Assembly (NCBI RefSeq): GCF_018350175.1
Contig: NC_058368.1
Location: 181,290,001-181,354,000 of the forward strand
Direction: 5' to 3'
Length of the DNA stretch: 64,000 bases
Source of the DNA: Felis catus
Taxonomy: Eukaryota
This document shows positions 1 to 12,727 of the stretch, piece by piece. The notes under the pieces are model-generated. The model was not told the DNA's origin. It searched no databases and was given only the letters and a program-made list of their open reading frames with translations. Both the position numbers and the translations under genes were made by a program. Numbering within the stretch: position 1 is the first letter of the stretch; every line of letters starts with the position of its first letter.

Positions 1-147
1 ACATTTTAAATTGGAGAATGCCACTTCAGTGTAGCTGATTGAACTCAAATTCTTATAGTAATGTGCATTTTGTTACTTCTACTCTTAGTTTTGTCACTAT
101 ATTAACCCCTTCTTTCCCATTGCCATGCTTTTATTTTTTTTCCTCCT

Positions 148-200
148 TAGAAAAGTAGTAGAAAAGTAGATCCATTCCTTAGAAAAGTAGATCCATTCCT
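148..200. repeat. Short perfect tandem duplication (21-bp unit x2 plus an 11-bp partial copy)
   Basis: tagaaaagtag (148-158), then tagaaaagtagatccattcct at 159-179 and 180-200. Confidence 0.9.
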
Positions 201-956
201 TACCAATGTTCAGAAATCCCTAATTAATGGGAAAGAATGCTAGCTCATACCCAAAGGGACAACAAACTGTGCTTGTATTTATAAGTCTAACTCTCAAGTA
301 CCCAAGTCTCCCTTAATGTGTCTCACATAGCAAGGAAGAACCACTAGCAATATACAGAGTTAGAAACAATGTCATGCCATTAAGTAGTAGTTCATAATAT
401 GGACTACATGCTTTCTGGGTTAGGGAATCCTCACTAGAGAAGCCAAGGTCTTTTATATTTTTTTTCCTTTTTTTTTTCCCCAGAAAACTAAGGCCCAGCG
501 ATTCTAAAGAATTCATCCTGAATCATTCAGCATTCTAATGATGCAGCAGAAAAAGAACAGAGAATCTTGCTCCTTCATCGAATTTCTACAACCAAACTGC
601 CAAACACTTTCAAAAAGGGTTTTCTTCAATGGGTCTCCCTCAATGAGTCTCTATAAATAATTTTAAAAGAATTAATAGCGCCTGAATTTTATTATAGGGT
701 CCCTTTCTCATTGATTATAAGTAGCTAAACATCATGTGTTGCTTCTATGAGCCTCTGTGACAGGCTACGTGATATGTGATGATAGCATACGAAGGATTGA
801 CTGGGCTTTTTTCAGATCACTAAGTAAAAGCAACTCCTCTAAATTCCCCTCCATGGAATACACCACCGCACTTGGGGCTATCCACTACCAGATTAGCTAG
901 AAAATATTATATTGGGTTCTTTAGTCCTGCAATTGGGGAAGAAAGAATCTTTTCCA

Positions 957-1140
957 TTTTTATTTTTAATGTTTATTTATTTGTTGTGAGAGGGGGACAG
1001 AGGGAGAGGGAGAGAGAACCCCGGGCAGATGCTGTCAGCACAGAACCTGGTGCGGGACTCGATCTCACGAACCCTGAGATCATGACCTGAAACAAAATCA
1101 AGAGTCAGATGCTTAACTGACTGAGCCACCCAAGTGCCCT
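957..1140 (-). mobile_element. Can-SINE (carnivore tRNA-derived SINE)
   Basis: T-rich tail, GA-rich tract, tgtcagcacaga...gagatcatgacctga...ctgagccacccaagtgccc is the reverse complement of the SINEC head. Confidence 0.93.
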
Positions 1141-2502
1141 GGTAAGAGAGAGTCTGAAGCTCTAAACTGAAAAACAAAAATAAATACCAAGCCAAATTAA
1201 CTGGAAGTAAATTTTGAGAGAAAGACACTCCCCCCAAAAAGCAAAAAACAGGCACTGTGAATACTGCTTTTAAGGTTTGAATGCATTATAACATGGAATT
1301 TCAGAATCATACTGGAATTTCCAAGGGTCTACTGACATATTTGGAAGGACAATGTTGATCTATAATTGTGCTGAAGCCATACAAATTAAGCAATTTATCG
1401 GCATTGATATATGTAATTTCTGTGCTTAATATCTGCTAACTTAATTGATGTGTTGGTCATCATCTATTACTGCAAAACCTTCTATCACTGGATTATTAAA
1501 AATTTATTATGGTAGGAAATTTGAGTGCCCATTTGGTTACAGTCATACAGAAAGCTTTATATTCACAAATGACTAACACAGATAATCTTTTTCCATGGAC
1601 CAGGACTCACTGGTCATTGCACTATTTTACAGTGGATATAACAGGACTTTAATGAGTAAACTTGCAAAGATCATTTATGTAGACAATTCATTTCTGGAAA
1701 ATATTACATGTGCATACACAGAAGTACAAACGGAGGGGACAGACACAACAAACATAAAGTTATAAGATTATGATGAAACAAAACGGATTGGCAGTTTTTC
1801 TGCAATAAAAGGAATAGAAGAAATAGAATATAAGATTCCAGTTATGATTGCTCCATACCAAGTTGCTATTCTGCATATTTCTTTTGATAAGCATGTACAG
1901 ATGAAAAAATCCTGATGTCATATTTTTGCTAAGATAATTTGTTTTCAATTGCCAATAAAAATGGATTATAAGTAAAAGTGTAAAAAGCTAAGAATGAAAT
2001 AAAAACATAACGGGCAATCAGAAAAATAACCACAGAGTGATCTGCTAATGGCTAATGACTCATTAAACCTAACATTTGCATCATAAACCACGTAGGCACT
2101 TTCAAAAATGTGGCCCCGATTAAAAGGTTATACACAATAACAAATATTCTAGAAAATGCCAGCAAAGCCATGCTTTACTGTAATAGACATTTAGAGTTGT
2201 GTCTAACATTATTGCATTCAAGCTTCAAATTTAGAAAATTGATTTATAACATTAATCTTTACTTGGGAAAATAACAAATGCTTATCATAATCAGACTGTA
2301 ATTAAAAAACAAATAGTCTTGCAAGAGTCTCTTTTTACTGTAGTTTACAAGATGCTATTTCTACATTGAAAAATATGTTTTTTAAGTAACCATCAAACAT
2401 GTTTATTAAAACCTAATTACACAGACATAAAATGTGCATTTTGATGCAGTGTTAGGACTAATCCCTAGTTTGATGATCTTCCTATCAACCTAACTTCAGA
2501 TT

Positions 2503-2504
<2 letters not shown>

Positions 2505-2542
<38 letters not shown>
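2505..2542. repeat. (AC)19 microsatellite
   Basis: Perfect dinucleotide run. Confidence 0.97.
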
Positions 2543-2544
<2 letters not shown>

Positions 2545-5500
2545 TTACTTTTTATCTGTTGTTGAGATTAAACACTCTTGGTAGAGTGCCTGATGGAATA
2601 ATTTGATTAAGATAGTGTTTAGAGTTCCTATGCAAATCTAAAGGTACTTCTAATTTTTAATACAGGAAAACAGAAAGTCAGAATTAAAATATATTAATTA
2701 TGCATCATTTGGAAGGACAGAGATGTTTACAAGTGGCATCATTTGAATATGGCAAAGGCAGACCATTCAAGGGAGTAACCGACATGTTTCCTATTGCGGA
2801 AGTGTCATGTGCTTTAAGGACTATTTACTTGCTCTTCCTGTGCATACTAAATGTTAAGACTGCTGCATTATTTGAGTACTACAAAGACAAAGTTGGAATG
2901 CATACAGATGCACTTCATTCAAGAATCAATGATTCGATGTTTAGGTTTCTATAAATTGCCTAAGTGAGAAAGTGGTATCTGAGTAGTATATATCTGTATT
3001 TGAGGATTGATTCCATCACAAAAAGAGAATTGCTACACACTTTAGAAGAGGTTAAACATAACTTTGCCTGATAGTTTTCCGAGCTCTGGAGATTCTGGGT
3101 TTCCTATTTCTAAGAATTATAAAAAAAAATTATAATGATGCCCTCATAGGCAAACTATTCTAGCCATCAAAAATATATGTAATGTAAATGTATTACAGAG
3201 AGCCTCCTTATTTCATTCAGATTTTCAATATAATGTAGACAGTTTCTGAACAGTTGAAGGTTTCTTTTTCTCCCTTTCCCCCATTTGTAATATCTTAGAG
3301 ATCATTTTATGCTTAACTTCTCAGAATAGCATACATAGACATTCTAGTATTGCAAGGTAGAATATTATTATTTCTGAAAATTCAAGAACTTGTAGAAGCC
3401 CTGTTAGTACTCATGGTGGGTCATCATTCCAGGAAAATTCCTGGAATGAAATGTGAATAGAATAAATGCCAGTTTATGGGTTTATATTTCTGATCAAGGT
3501 TCTAGTGAGTTGCAGAAATATCCATAAATATAAGATTGGACAAAATGTTTAATCAACTTTAGATTTCTGAATGTCATATTTATGAAAACTTCTGCCATAT
3601 ACATAAATCAAGCAGGGCCAGTCGAATCACCTATCACATAAAATTTTATTTCCACTGATACAGTATCATAGTATTCTATAAAACATGTTCTTTCTTCATT
3701 AGAATTCCAGCTTTATTTTTGCTTTAATAACTATAAAATGGAACAGATACTTTCTCCAGGGTTCGTGAAGTTTAGGAGAGGCTCTTACAAGGTAGGTATT
3801 TTAAAAGGGATCTTCGAGTCTCCTCTGAAAAGGCACAGCGTCACGATTCTCCTCCCTCAAACACGGATGACCTATCTTATCTTCCTTTCTTTTTGTAAAT
3901 TCTCTTTTACCTATGGTGAGCATAAACATTAAGAATTGTTACTGAACTTCCTGCTGAATCCAAAATTAGAATTTATTTTCTCAGAACTGCCTGGGTAACC
4001 TCTGTTTCATTGTGTGCTTCCTGCCTTGATTACAGTATATAAAACATGGATAAACCTGGCAAAATGCCCTTTCTCCAAACTACTGAACATGAATCCCCAT
4101 GCAGCTGAGGTCTTCTTGTACACAAAGGGGATAGGAGTCTCTGCTCAAATGAGAAATCTATTAGTGACCGTTTACAAACAGAGTCAGAATTTGTCTAAAA
4201 CGTGAATAAGTAATTTTGCTATCCTGCAAGAAAGTTAACGATGTGCTTTCGAAAGATCATTTTCCATGAAAAACAATGTTTTTGGAAAAAATGAAAGTCA
4301 ACACATTCATACATGAAAATTTCCATATTTATTTATTTATTTTTACCTAACAGGAAGAGTTAAAAAATACACTTAGTTATTATTTGTAAATATGTTCCCC
4401 GGAAGATGTCATCACAACATAAGATGTCAATGACTACTATAATTAGAATAAATGAGAGTCCCCAGAAACAAAAGCACAACAGTTTGTCATGTTGCATGTA
4501 CTGAGACACATACAGCTTTTTGGACTCCATTAATTCAATTGAGTCTTTTCTGTTTTGGATATCAGACACTGTTGAGCTACAAATGTGGGTTTGGATTTAA
4601 GGAAGAGTTGCCTCTGCAGAAACCAACTGGACCTGAAACAAGTGAGGCTTTGCCATGATAACAAGCAGGGAGGAGGAATCTTGGGCCACACAAGAAGACT
4701 GTAGCAGGGGAGTAAGAAGTGGAAAAGGAGTTCAGTTGTCTCTGAACACTGAAACGTCAAACTATCAAATTAGGGACTTTTCAGATCTAGTGAGCCATGA
4801 AAAGGGAATCATATTGGTAAGTTCCAGCCTTACCTGTTTCAAGGATACTTGATGGTCTTACAGTCTAAAGAAGAAAATACATAGCCAAACTGGGGGTCTA
4901 GTTTTGAAATCAATCGCATTAGACTTTTCCTTTCTTAGAAGATATCACATCTATATCCATCTCATTAAGAACCAGAATCCTTACCTAGTCATGAGACCTG
5001 GACATTCAGGGACTTTGGATTAAGGCTAATACTGACAAGCCCCAGCTTTGTAATTTAGTAGCTCTCTCAGCTTCATGAAAAGAGCCATGTAGAATGCTTA
5101 AATAAACACACATGCAAGCATTTACCAAACAGGAGTGCTGACTATGTGTTAGCACCTAACATCGAATGCACTTAGAACTGATACCAGGGAGAAATTACAC
5201 TCAATATCAGCTACACCTTAAGCACACCTAATACAGCATGATTATCCAAACTAGAGAGATGTGGAATATTTGGGGAATCTGGGTTTTTAAATATTTCCCA
5301 TGGTAAGCATATCAATGTCACATGGCAAGTTTAATACACTTTATTGGGAAAGTTATGTATCATAAGTTAGACCCAACTGTATGAACTATGCATACTGATT
5401 ATCTAAATTAAATTTGAATAGTTCAGCACATTTCCGGTAAATGCATAGTCATATACTTTTTTTCAGAGAATTTACTTGGAGAGAAATGAGTCTCTTGCTA

Positions 5501-6679
5501 ATACCAATAAAAGGGATTTGAAAGCGGAAATGGTATCCAATCTTTTCCTACAAGGGTGAATGACCATAATCTCCTATAAGTTAATACGGTCAGGTCTGTT
5601 CTGAAGGGACAAGGTCTGTCTTCAATTTTTGCAGAACAGGTTTGTAAATGATTTGAACTTCTTCACTGCAGTGAGCATATTTATGGCTCCTCACCTTAAT
5701 GTTATAATGAAAATGGGTTCAATTCAAAGTCTTCTATCAGCAATACTGGATAACAGGAAACATAAAAAAGAAAAACAACAACAACTCTAATGTTGGATTC
5801 ATGTTACAGGCTCACATTGGCAATTCATCATTAAAAGATTTTACTTTTTTTTCCTTCCCCCAACTGCTATGAAAACTGTGTACCCAGATAGATGATTAGA
5901 TTGCAACAGATGTTAACTTCTTTATTACTCATATATAGAAAGAGGATACATACTTGTCAGAGATACACTCATCAGTACTATGAGGCTGTAGATAGAATTA
6001 GGGTTTACCTGCTTAACACTGAAATATTTCCTTTATAAGAGGGACAAAATAAAAGAAAACAATGCATGTTCTCCCTCTAAGGCACTTTTATTTTGCAGAT
6101 AACTTATTCTTTTCCTCATAGCTTAAACTCTTTATTCATTCCTGATAAGCAGCAAGGCTTCCAAGAAAAAATATTATTCTGTGTCAGCAATGAAACCACA
6201 TGGAGTGAAGATGAAAAATTGCCATTAAGTCCTCTGCAGCAGTTCTGACCCCTACTTACCCAACAGTGAGTTGAAGCATCGTCCTGGAACTTTATGCATG
6301 TCTTTATCCATCCCACTTAAAATTTCAGTGAGATCCAAACCCAGAGCTTTCATCCACCTGCCTATTTTTTACCCACAAAGCAAACCTTCCAGATTCACAC
6401 TTTAAATGTTTCTTTCTTATGCAATATAAGCTCTCTGACCTTCTAGTAATTGCGACAGGAACCAAATAACTAACACTCTTGAGAAGCTGAAAAGAACCCA
6501 ATATACCATGTATAAAATCAAATCTTTTAAAATCCAAAAACACTCAGACACATACATTACAAAAAAGAGATGCACTTGCTTTTGAGTTCAAAATAGTTAC
6601 CCTAAACACTGTCCTCTGGGCAAGTACTAGATGGTGAACAATGGGCAAAGATGACCCAGAGTGAAATAATAATTTTGAA

Positions 6680-6820
6680 TTGGAATTCTGGCTCTGTTCT
6701 TTGCCGTATTTATGACACTGGACGAGTTTCTCTAAATCTCTGAGCTGTGTTTTCCTTATGTATACAATAGGGATAAATACAACAGCAGTCTTTTATATGA
6801 CTGGTACAAAGTTTAAATAC
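6680..6820 (+). mobile_element. MIR fragment
   Basis: aattctggctctg...gagtttctctaaatctctgagctgtgttttccttatgtatacaatagggataa resembles the MIR core. Confidence 0.6.
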
Positions 6821-6956
6821 TATTATTAGGAAGCATGCATGCATGGTTATATTGCAATAGGTGACAATAACCCCGAGACAATGAGAACCAACAATTATTG
6901 TTTTGAGTTTTAGGATCCATGTCCTATACATATTGAACTGGAAAATATGGTCTGTT

Positions 6957-8163
6957 TTTTTTTGTTGTTGTTGTTAAAGAGAAGAATGCTTATTTTATTT
7001 TATTTTAACTCAATATAGTGTAGTACTAGTTTCAGGAGTAGAATTTAGTAATTCATCACCTATACATAACACCCAGTGCTCATCCCAACAATTGCTCTCC
7101 ATAATGTCCATCACTCATTTAGCCCATCTGCCACCCACCTCCCTTCAAGAAACCCTCAGTTTGTTCTCTGTGTTTAATAATCTCTCATGGGTTGCCTCCC
7201 TCTCTGTTTTAATCATATTTTATTTTTTCTTCCCTCCCCCGATTCATCTCTTTTGTTTCTTAAATTCCACATGAGTGAAATCATGTGTTATCTTTCTCTG
7301 CTTATTTTGCTTAGCATAATACACTGTAGTTCCATCTGTATTGTTGCAAATGGCAAGATTCCATTGTTTTTGATCACCGAGTAATGTTCCATTGTATATA
7401 TATACACCCCATTTTCCTTATTTATTCATCAGTCAATGGACATTTGGGCTCTTTCCATAATCTGGCTATTGTTGACAGTGCTGCTATAAACATTGGGGTG
7501 CTTGTGCCCCTTCAAATCAGCATTTTTGTATCCTTTGGATAAATGCCTAGTAGTGCAATTTCTGGGTCATAGGGTAGTTCTATTTTTTTTTTTTTAATTA
7601 ATTTATTTTGAGAGAGCGAGAGAGAGAGTGAGAGCAAGCACCGGCATGGAAGGGGCAGAGAGAGAGGGACAGAATCCCAAGCAGGCTCTGCACTACCAGC
7701 ATGGAGCCCTGCATAGGGCTCAATCCCACCAACTGGGAAATCATGATCTGAGCTGACATCAAGAGTTGGATGCCCAAATGACTGAGCCATCTAGGTGCCT
7801 CAGGGTAGTTATATTTTTAATATTTTGAGGAGTCTCCATATTGTTCTGCAGAGTGGCTGCACCAGTTTGCATTCCTACCAACAGTGCAAAAGCGTTTCTC
7901 TATCTCTACATCCTCACCAACATCTGCTGTTTCCTGAGTTGGTAAGTTTAGCCATTCTGACAGATGTGAGGTAGTGTCTCATTGTGGTTTTGATTTGTAT
8001 TTCCCTGATAAGTGATGTTGAGCATCTTTTCATATGTCTGTAGGCCATCTGGATATCTTCTTTGGAAAAGTCTCTATTCATGTTTTCTGCCCACTAGTTT
8101 AGTGAATTAATTTGTTTTGGGTGTTCAATTTTACAAGTTCTTTAAAGATTTTGGGTACTTATA
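6957..8163 (-). mobile_element. 5'-truncated carnivore L1 (3' UTR and ORF2 end), interrupted by a SINE
   Basis: Reverse complement of an L1 3' end (gtttcaggagtagaatttagt...acacccagtgctcatc; minus-strand translation IELPYDPEIALLGIYPKDTK resembles the ORF2 C-terminus). Perfect 16-bp TSD gaaaatatggtctgtt at 6941-6956 and 8164-8179. Confidence 0.93.
7588..7801 (-). mobile_element. Can-SINE nested in L1
   Basis: SINEC body in reverse; TSD agggtagtt(c/a)tattttt at 7571-7587 and 7802-7818. Confidence 0.93.
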
Positions 8164-8319
8164 GAAAATATGGTCTGTTCTTATATGTTTTCTCTTGTCC
8201 TTGTAAGAGTAGCACATTATGGTTTACACTTTTGGCCCTTTGGAGCCAAAAGAATTCATTGCATTCATTATTTAAGTACCCTATGGACTGTATTAGTGTA
8301 AAGAAAGTCCCAGGAAGGG

Positions 8320-8322
<3 letters not shown>

Positions 8323-8370
<48 letters not shown>

Positions 8371-8372
8371 TG
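8323..8372. repeat. (TG)n microsatellite
   Basis: (TG)20 perfect at 8323-8362, then interrupted. Confidence 0.97.
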
Positions 8373-9610
8373 TATATCTGTGAAAGTAGTCAACTAATTG
8401 CCTCTGAAACTTGACTGTCATATCTGTCTTCTGAGGATCCACTGCACTTAGGCTGTGTAGCTGATTTCTATCTCTAACTTATAATTATTATGCTTTTTAC
8501 AGGCTACTGATGACTCAAATCAGTTAAGCTTAAATTTGTCTCAAGTATAATGTAAAACACTACACAATCAGTAGGCAATAAGTATCCGAAGTTACCGAGA
8601 ATATTAACTTTTAGGTAAAATAAACAAACAAAAAACCTCATAAATTAGAATCGTATTACTGGAAATAGTTAACTTATATCTTATTCTAGTTTGTACCCTA
8701 TTTGTACTATGTGTACGTCTCTGACATAAAAACTTGGCTACTGATTTTGGTATACTGTATTTATTTGAGATGCAAGTAAGGCACATGCAGTACACGTGCC
8801 ACATTTATTTCCAGTAAAATTTTATTGCACACCCATCTGTGATGATAGGTGCTGAGTAACCAGGTCTCAGGGCAGTACAATATCTCATAGAAACATTCAA
8901 TATAATGTCTAGGAAAGGATGAGTTTGTTGGAAGGTAACAAACACATTGGCATCATGATGTCACGTCATTCTCCAATGACAGCGTGCTCAGTAGATATTT
9001 CTGTGAATCTTCAAAGTGTGTTGGGCTGCCCAGTTAAGTGCTAAAGAACCTCCTGGAAGCAAGATGTCTCTTGGGGCTACAGGGTACACAAAACTCAAGG
9101 AAGGAAATATATAATGTGGCTTCTGTAAAGGAAAGAGGCCAGGTCTCTCTTTTATTCTCTTCCAAATGTGTGAAAAGAACAATGGAATCCCCGAAGGGAC
9201 TCCAAGGATCACGAAAAATAAGGTAAAATTAAAAAAAAAAGACTTTCTGGATTTCTATAAATCTTAATATTAAAAAAATACACCAACATATCTGGACACA
9301 AGCAAAAGATTTTACACCCTCCCCACCAAAATAACACAACAAAATGCCAACAGTGACACATAATGCTTGCTATGATACTATGAAGCTAAAGGATTTTCTG
9401 GTTATTGTAACACAACACTGCACTCAGTCTAGGCTTTCCTCCTATCTAAAGATGCACTGTGCTAACTTTTAACTTATCTGCTGCTGATTTGTAGGTTACA
9501 ACTAAAGCAGAGTTTACAATGTCATTTATTTGTGAGTGGATGAGCAACAGTAGTTTATCTTAACAGTGTGAGTTGCACAAATCAGACATTCCTGAAGTGA
9601 TGGGTTTGAA

Positions 9611-9638
9611 AAATAAAAGGTATTAAATAAAAGGTATT
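9611..9638. repeat. 14-bp tandem duplication
   Basis: aaataaaaggtatt x2. Confidence 0.8.
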
Positions 9639-10780
9639 AAAAATGAAAAGAGTCCCTTAAAAGCCTAGCCAGAGGCAAATAAAATAGAGATTTTATCCAA
9701 CTGAAATTCAGTAGTTTTTTTTAACCCCCCTCCTTTTTTTTTTTTTTTTTTTTTGGCTTGTGTGTTGGCTTAGGGAAACTGACATTGTCTTTGTGTTTTA
9801 CGGAGGCATTTATTTTTAGTTATATAGCTGAATCTCTCCAGCCCAATGAACTGTGGCTGTCTGTGGTGTATTCAGCAGGAGGAAAAAAAAAAGACACTTT
9901 GCCATTAGTTCTAAAAATATCAGTGACATGTCAGGGTCATCATCTCTATGCTAAGAACTATGGAGAGTTAACATAGAGATGAACTTATGTCTTTCACACT
10001 CAGCATCTTCGGTGCAAATGAAATTTTCAAAGAATCTTCCACAGTTTTTACGCTGAGTATGCATCTCAATTCAAAACCTAAACACAAGCACACCTACAGC
10101 AAATGAGATGGCTGGAAAACGGTGTGAGATGGGGCATGTCTAAACTCCATATGGGGGGTGGAAATGATTTTAAACCCACAGTACCTTATTAATATCCATA
10201 ATGTAATACATAACGTTATATACTTTAGATAAAATAATAAGATATTATACATATTCTAATTACTCATACAGGTTGGGTGGGGCGCTGGACTGAGTGAGCT
10301 ACAAAATTCAGGCTGGATCAGGCTGTACTCGATTTGCAGCTTGAGGCCACTCGCCTAACTTGACTGGACTTTAGTTTTCTCAATTGTGACATGACAAGGT
10401 GGGTATCCATGATAACTCATCCCAAAGTGAAAATTCCAAACTTTAGAAAAAGGAGTGAAGCTATATGCTTAATTACGTTAGTCCTATTTTCCATGAGGCA
10501 CAAAAGTCAAATGTATATATATATTATATAAATATATTTTTATCTAATAAATATATATTTATGTTATAGTCAAATATATATTGTTATATATATGTTATAT
10601 ATATATATAATACTTGCATACAGGCACATTTATTTTTATATACAGGGATATGCAGAGTGATCTGGGGGCCTATCTAGTTTGCAAACAACAGACAAGAAAA
10701 ATATTTAGGAAATTAACTTTGTGCAACTATGTTCTGAATGCATATGCATCAGTTTATGTAATTGATTGAAAAAGAAAACT

Positions 10781-11745
10781 TGCCACTGCACACAAATTAA
10801 GACGGCCACTATTAAAAAAAGGATAAGAGGGGCTCCTGGGTGGCTCAGTCGGTTGAGCATCTGTCTTTAGCTTAGGTCATGATCCCACAATTCCTGGTTT
10901 TGAGTGCTGCGTTGGGCTCTGTGCTGACAGCTCAGAGCCTGCAGCCTGCTTCAGATTCTGTGTGTGTGTCTCTCTCTGCCCCTCTCCCATTTGTGCTCTC
11001 TCTCTTTCTTAAAAATAAATAAATCTTTATTTATTTTAAAGATTAAAAAAATCTTTAAAAAAGGAACAAGAACAATGACAACAACAGAAAATAACGAGTG
11101 TTGAAAAAGGATGTGTATAAATTGGGAAATTACACACTCTTGGTGGAATAGAAGATGGTATAAAGTGGAAAACAGTATGGTGGTTCCTCACAAAATTAAA
11201 ATAGATATTTCAAACGATCCAGCAAGTACAGTCCAGGGTATATACCCAGTAGAACTGAAACTAGGTTCTTGAAGGGGTGTTTGTACATTTATGTTCTTCA
11301 TAGCATTATTCACGATAGCCAAAGGTAGAAGCAACCCAGGTAACTACCAAAGAGTGAATGCATAAACAAAATGTAGTATATACATACAATAGAATATTAT
11401 TCAGACTCAAAAGGGAAGGATAATTGGGCACCAGCAACATGATGAATCTTGAGGACATTATGCTGGATGAAATAAGACAGAAGCAAAAAGACAGATACTG
11501 TATGATTTACCTAAAGTAGTCAAATTCATGGACACAGAAGGCAGAACACTAGCTGCTGGTGGTTGTAGGGAGGGGGTGGGATTGGGAGTTAGTGTTCAAC
11601 GGGCACAGATGAAAAGAAATCTAAAGATGGACGGTGGTGATGCTTGTCCAACAAATGTGAATGCATTGCAGCTACTGAACTGCATACTTACTAACAGTTA
11701 AGGCGGTAAATTTTATGTTATGTATATTTTACCAATAAAATGTAT
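10781..11745 (+). mobile_element. Old eutherian L1 3' end (L1MB-like), interrupted by a SINE
   Basis: gtggaaaacagtatggtggttcctcacaaaattaaaatag...gatccagcaa...atgaatcttgaggacattatgct...taaattttatgttatgtatattttacca resembles L1MB 3' ends. Confidence 0.88.
10829..11055 (+). mobile_element. Can-SINE (feliform type) nested in L1MB
   Basis: ggggctcctgggtggctcagtcggttgagc...gctctgtgctgacagctcagagcctg; CT tract and A tail; degenerate TSD ttaaaaaa(a)gga..aaga. Confidence 0.94.
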
Positions 11746-11756
11746 TTTGAAAACAA

Positions 11757-11965
11757 GGGGGGACCCGGGTGGCTTAGTCAGTTAAGTGTTCAACTTGATT
11801 TCCGCTCAGGTCATAATCTCACGTTCTGTGGGAGCCAGCCCAGTGTCAGTCTCTGTGCTGACAGCATGGGACCTGCTTGGGATTCTTTTTCTCCCCTTTC
11901 TCTGCCCCTCCTCTGCTCTCTCTCTGGTTTTCTTATTCTCTCTCAGACAAGTAAACAAAACAAAT
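11757..11965 (+). mobile_element. Can-SINE with (CA)n after the tail
   Basis: gggggacccgggtggcttagtcagttaag...gctcaggtcataatctc...ctgtgctgacagc; CT tract. Confidence 0.92.
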
Positions 11966-12124
11966 ATCACACACACACACACATAAATTCAAAGAAATAA
12001 AAATAATAAACATATATTTATACATAATTTTATATATTTATTATAATAAATAATAAAGAATATATATAAAGGAAATTTGACTTAAACTGGAATATATTAG
12101 TTGTTATTAATGCTTAGAGAAACA

Positions 12125-12382
12125 ACATTTCATAGTGGTAAGAGGACACATTCTGGAATTAGATTGCCTGCCTTTGCATTCTGGCTACACCTTTCACCCA
12201 CAGTGTGCTACTTTAGGTAAGTTCTCTGACTGCTTTTTCTGATCTGTAGAATGAGGATAATAATAGAGTTCTCTTTGTAGAATTCGCCTCTTTCTGAGGC
12301 TAATGTGTCAATATAGTAAGGCATTTAGAAAGATATCTGGAAAATATTAAGTGTGAAGTGTTGCCTTTTGCTATTACTATTA
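12125..12382 (+). mobile_element. MIR, near full length
   Basis: atagtggtaagag...ctggaattagattgcctg...atctgtagaatgaggataataatag...gctattactatta. Confidence 0.75.
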
Positions 12383-12521
12383 GTGTTTTCACAAATAAAA
12401 TTCTGGGATGTCTTCTTCTGTATATGATGTCAGGTTTATCTTCTTAGGTACAGCAAAGCTATCCTTTTTACTTGTTTGCCATTGAATTTGCTCACAATTA
12501 TAAGTAAAAAGGTTGATTGTT

Positions 12522-12727
12522 TTTTTTTAATTTTTTAATGTTTATTTATTTTTTGAGAGAGCATGAGCGGGGTAGGGGCAGAGAGAGGAAGACACAGAAT
12601 CGAAAGCAGGCTCCAGGCTCTGAGCTGTCAGCACAGAGCCTGATGTGGGGGCTTGAACCCACAAACCGTGAGGTCATGACCTAAGCTGAAGTCAGCCGCT
12701 CAACCGACTGAGCCACGTAGGCGCCCT
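12522..12727 (-). mobile_element. Can-SINE (feliform type)
   Basis: Reverse SINEC body; perfect 14-bp TSD aaaggttgattgtt at 12508-12521 and 12728-12741. Confidence 0.96.

Noticed and set aside
7512..7790. ORF ending IELPYDPEIALLGIYPKDTK
   Set aside because: Chimera of a SINE and a dead L1 ORF2 C-terminal remnant
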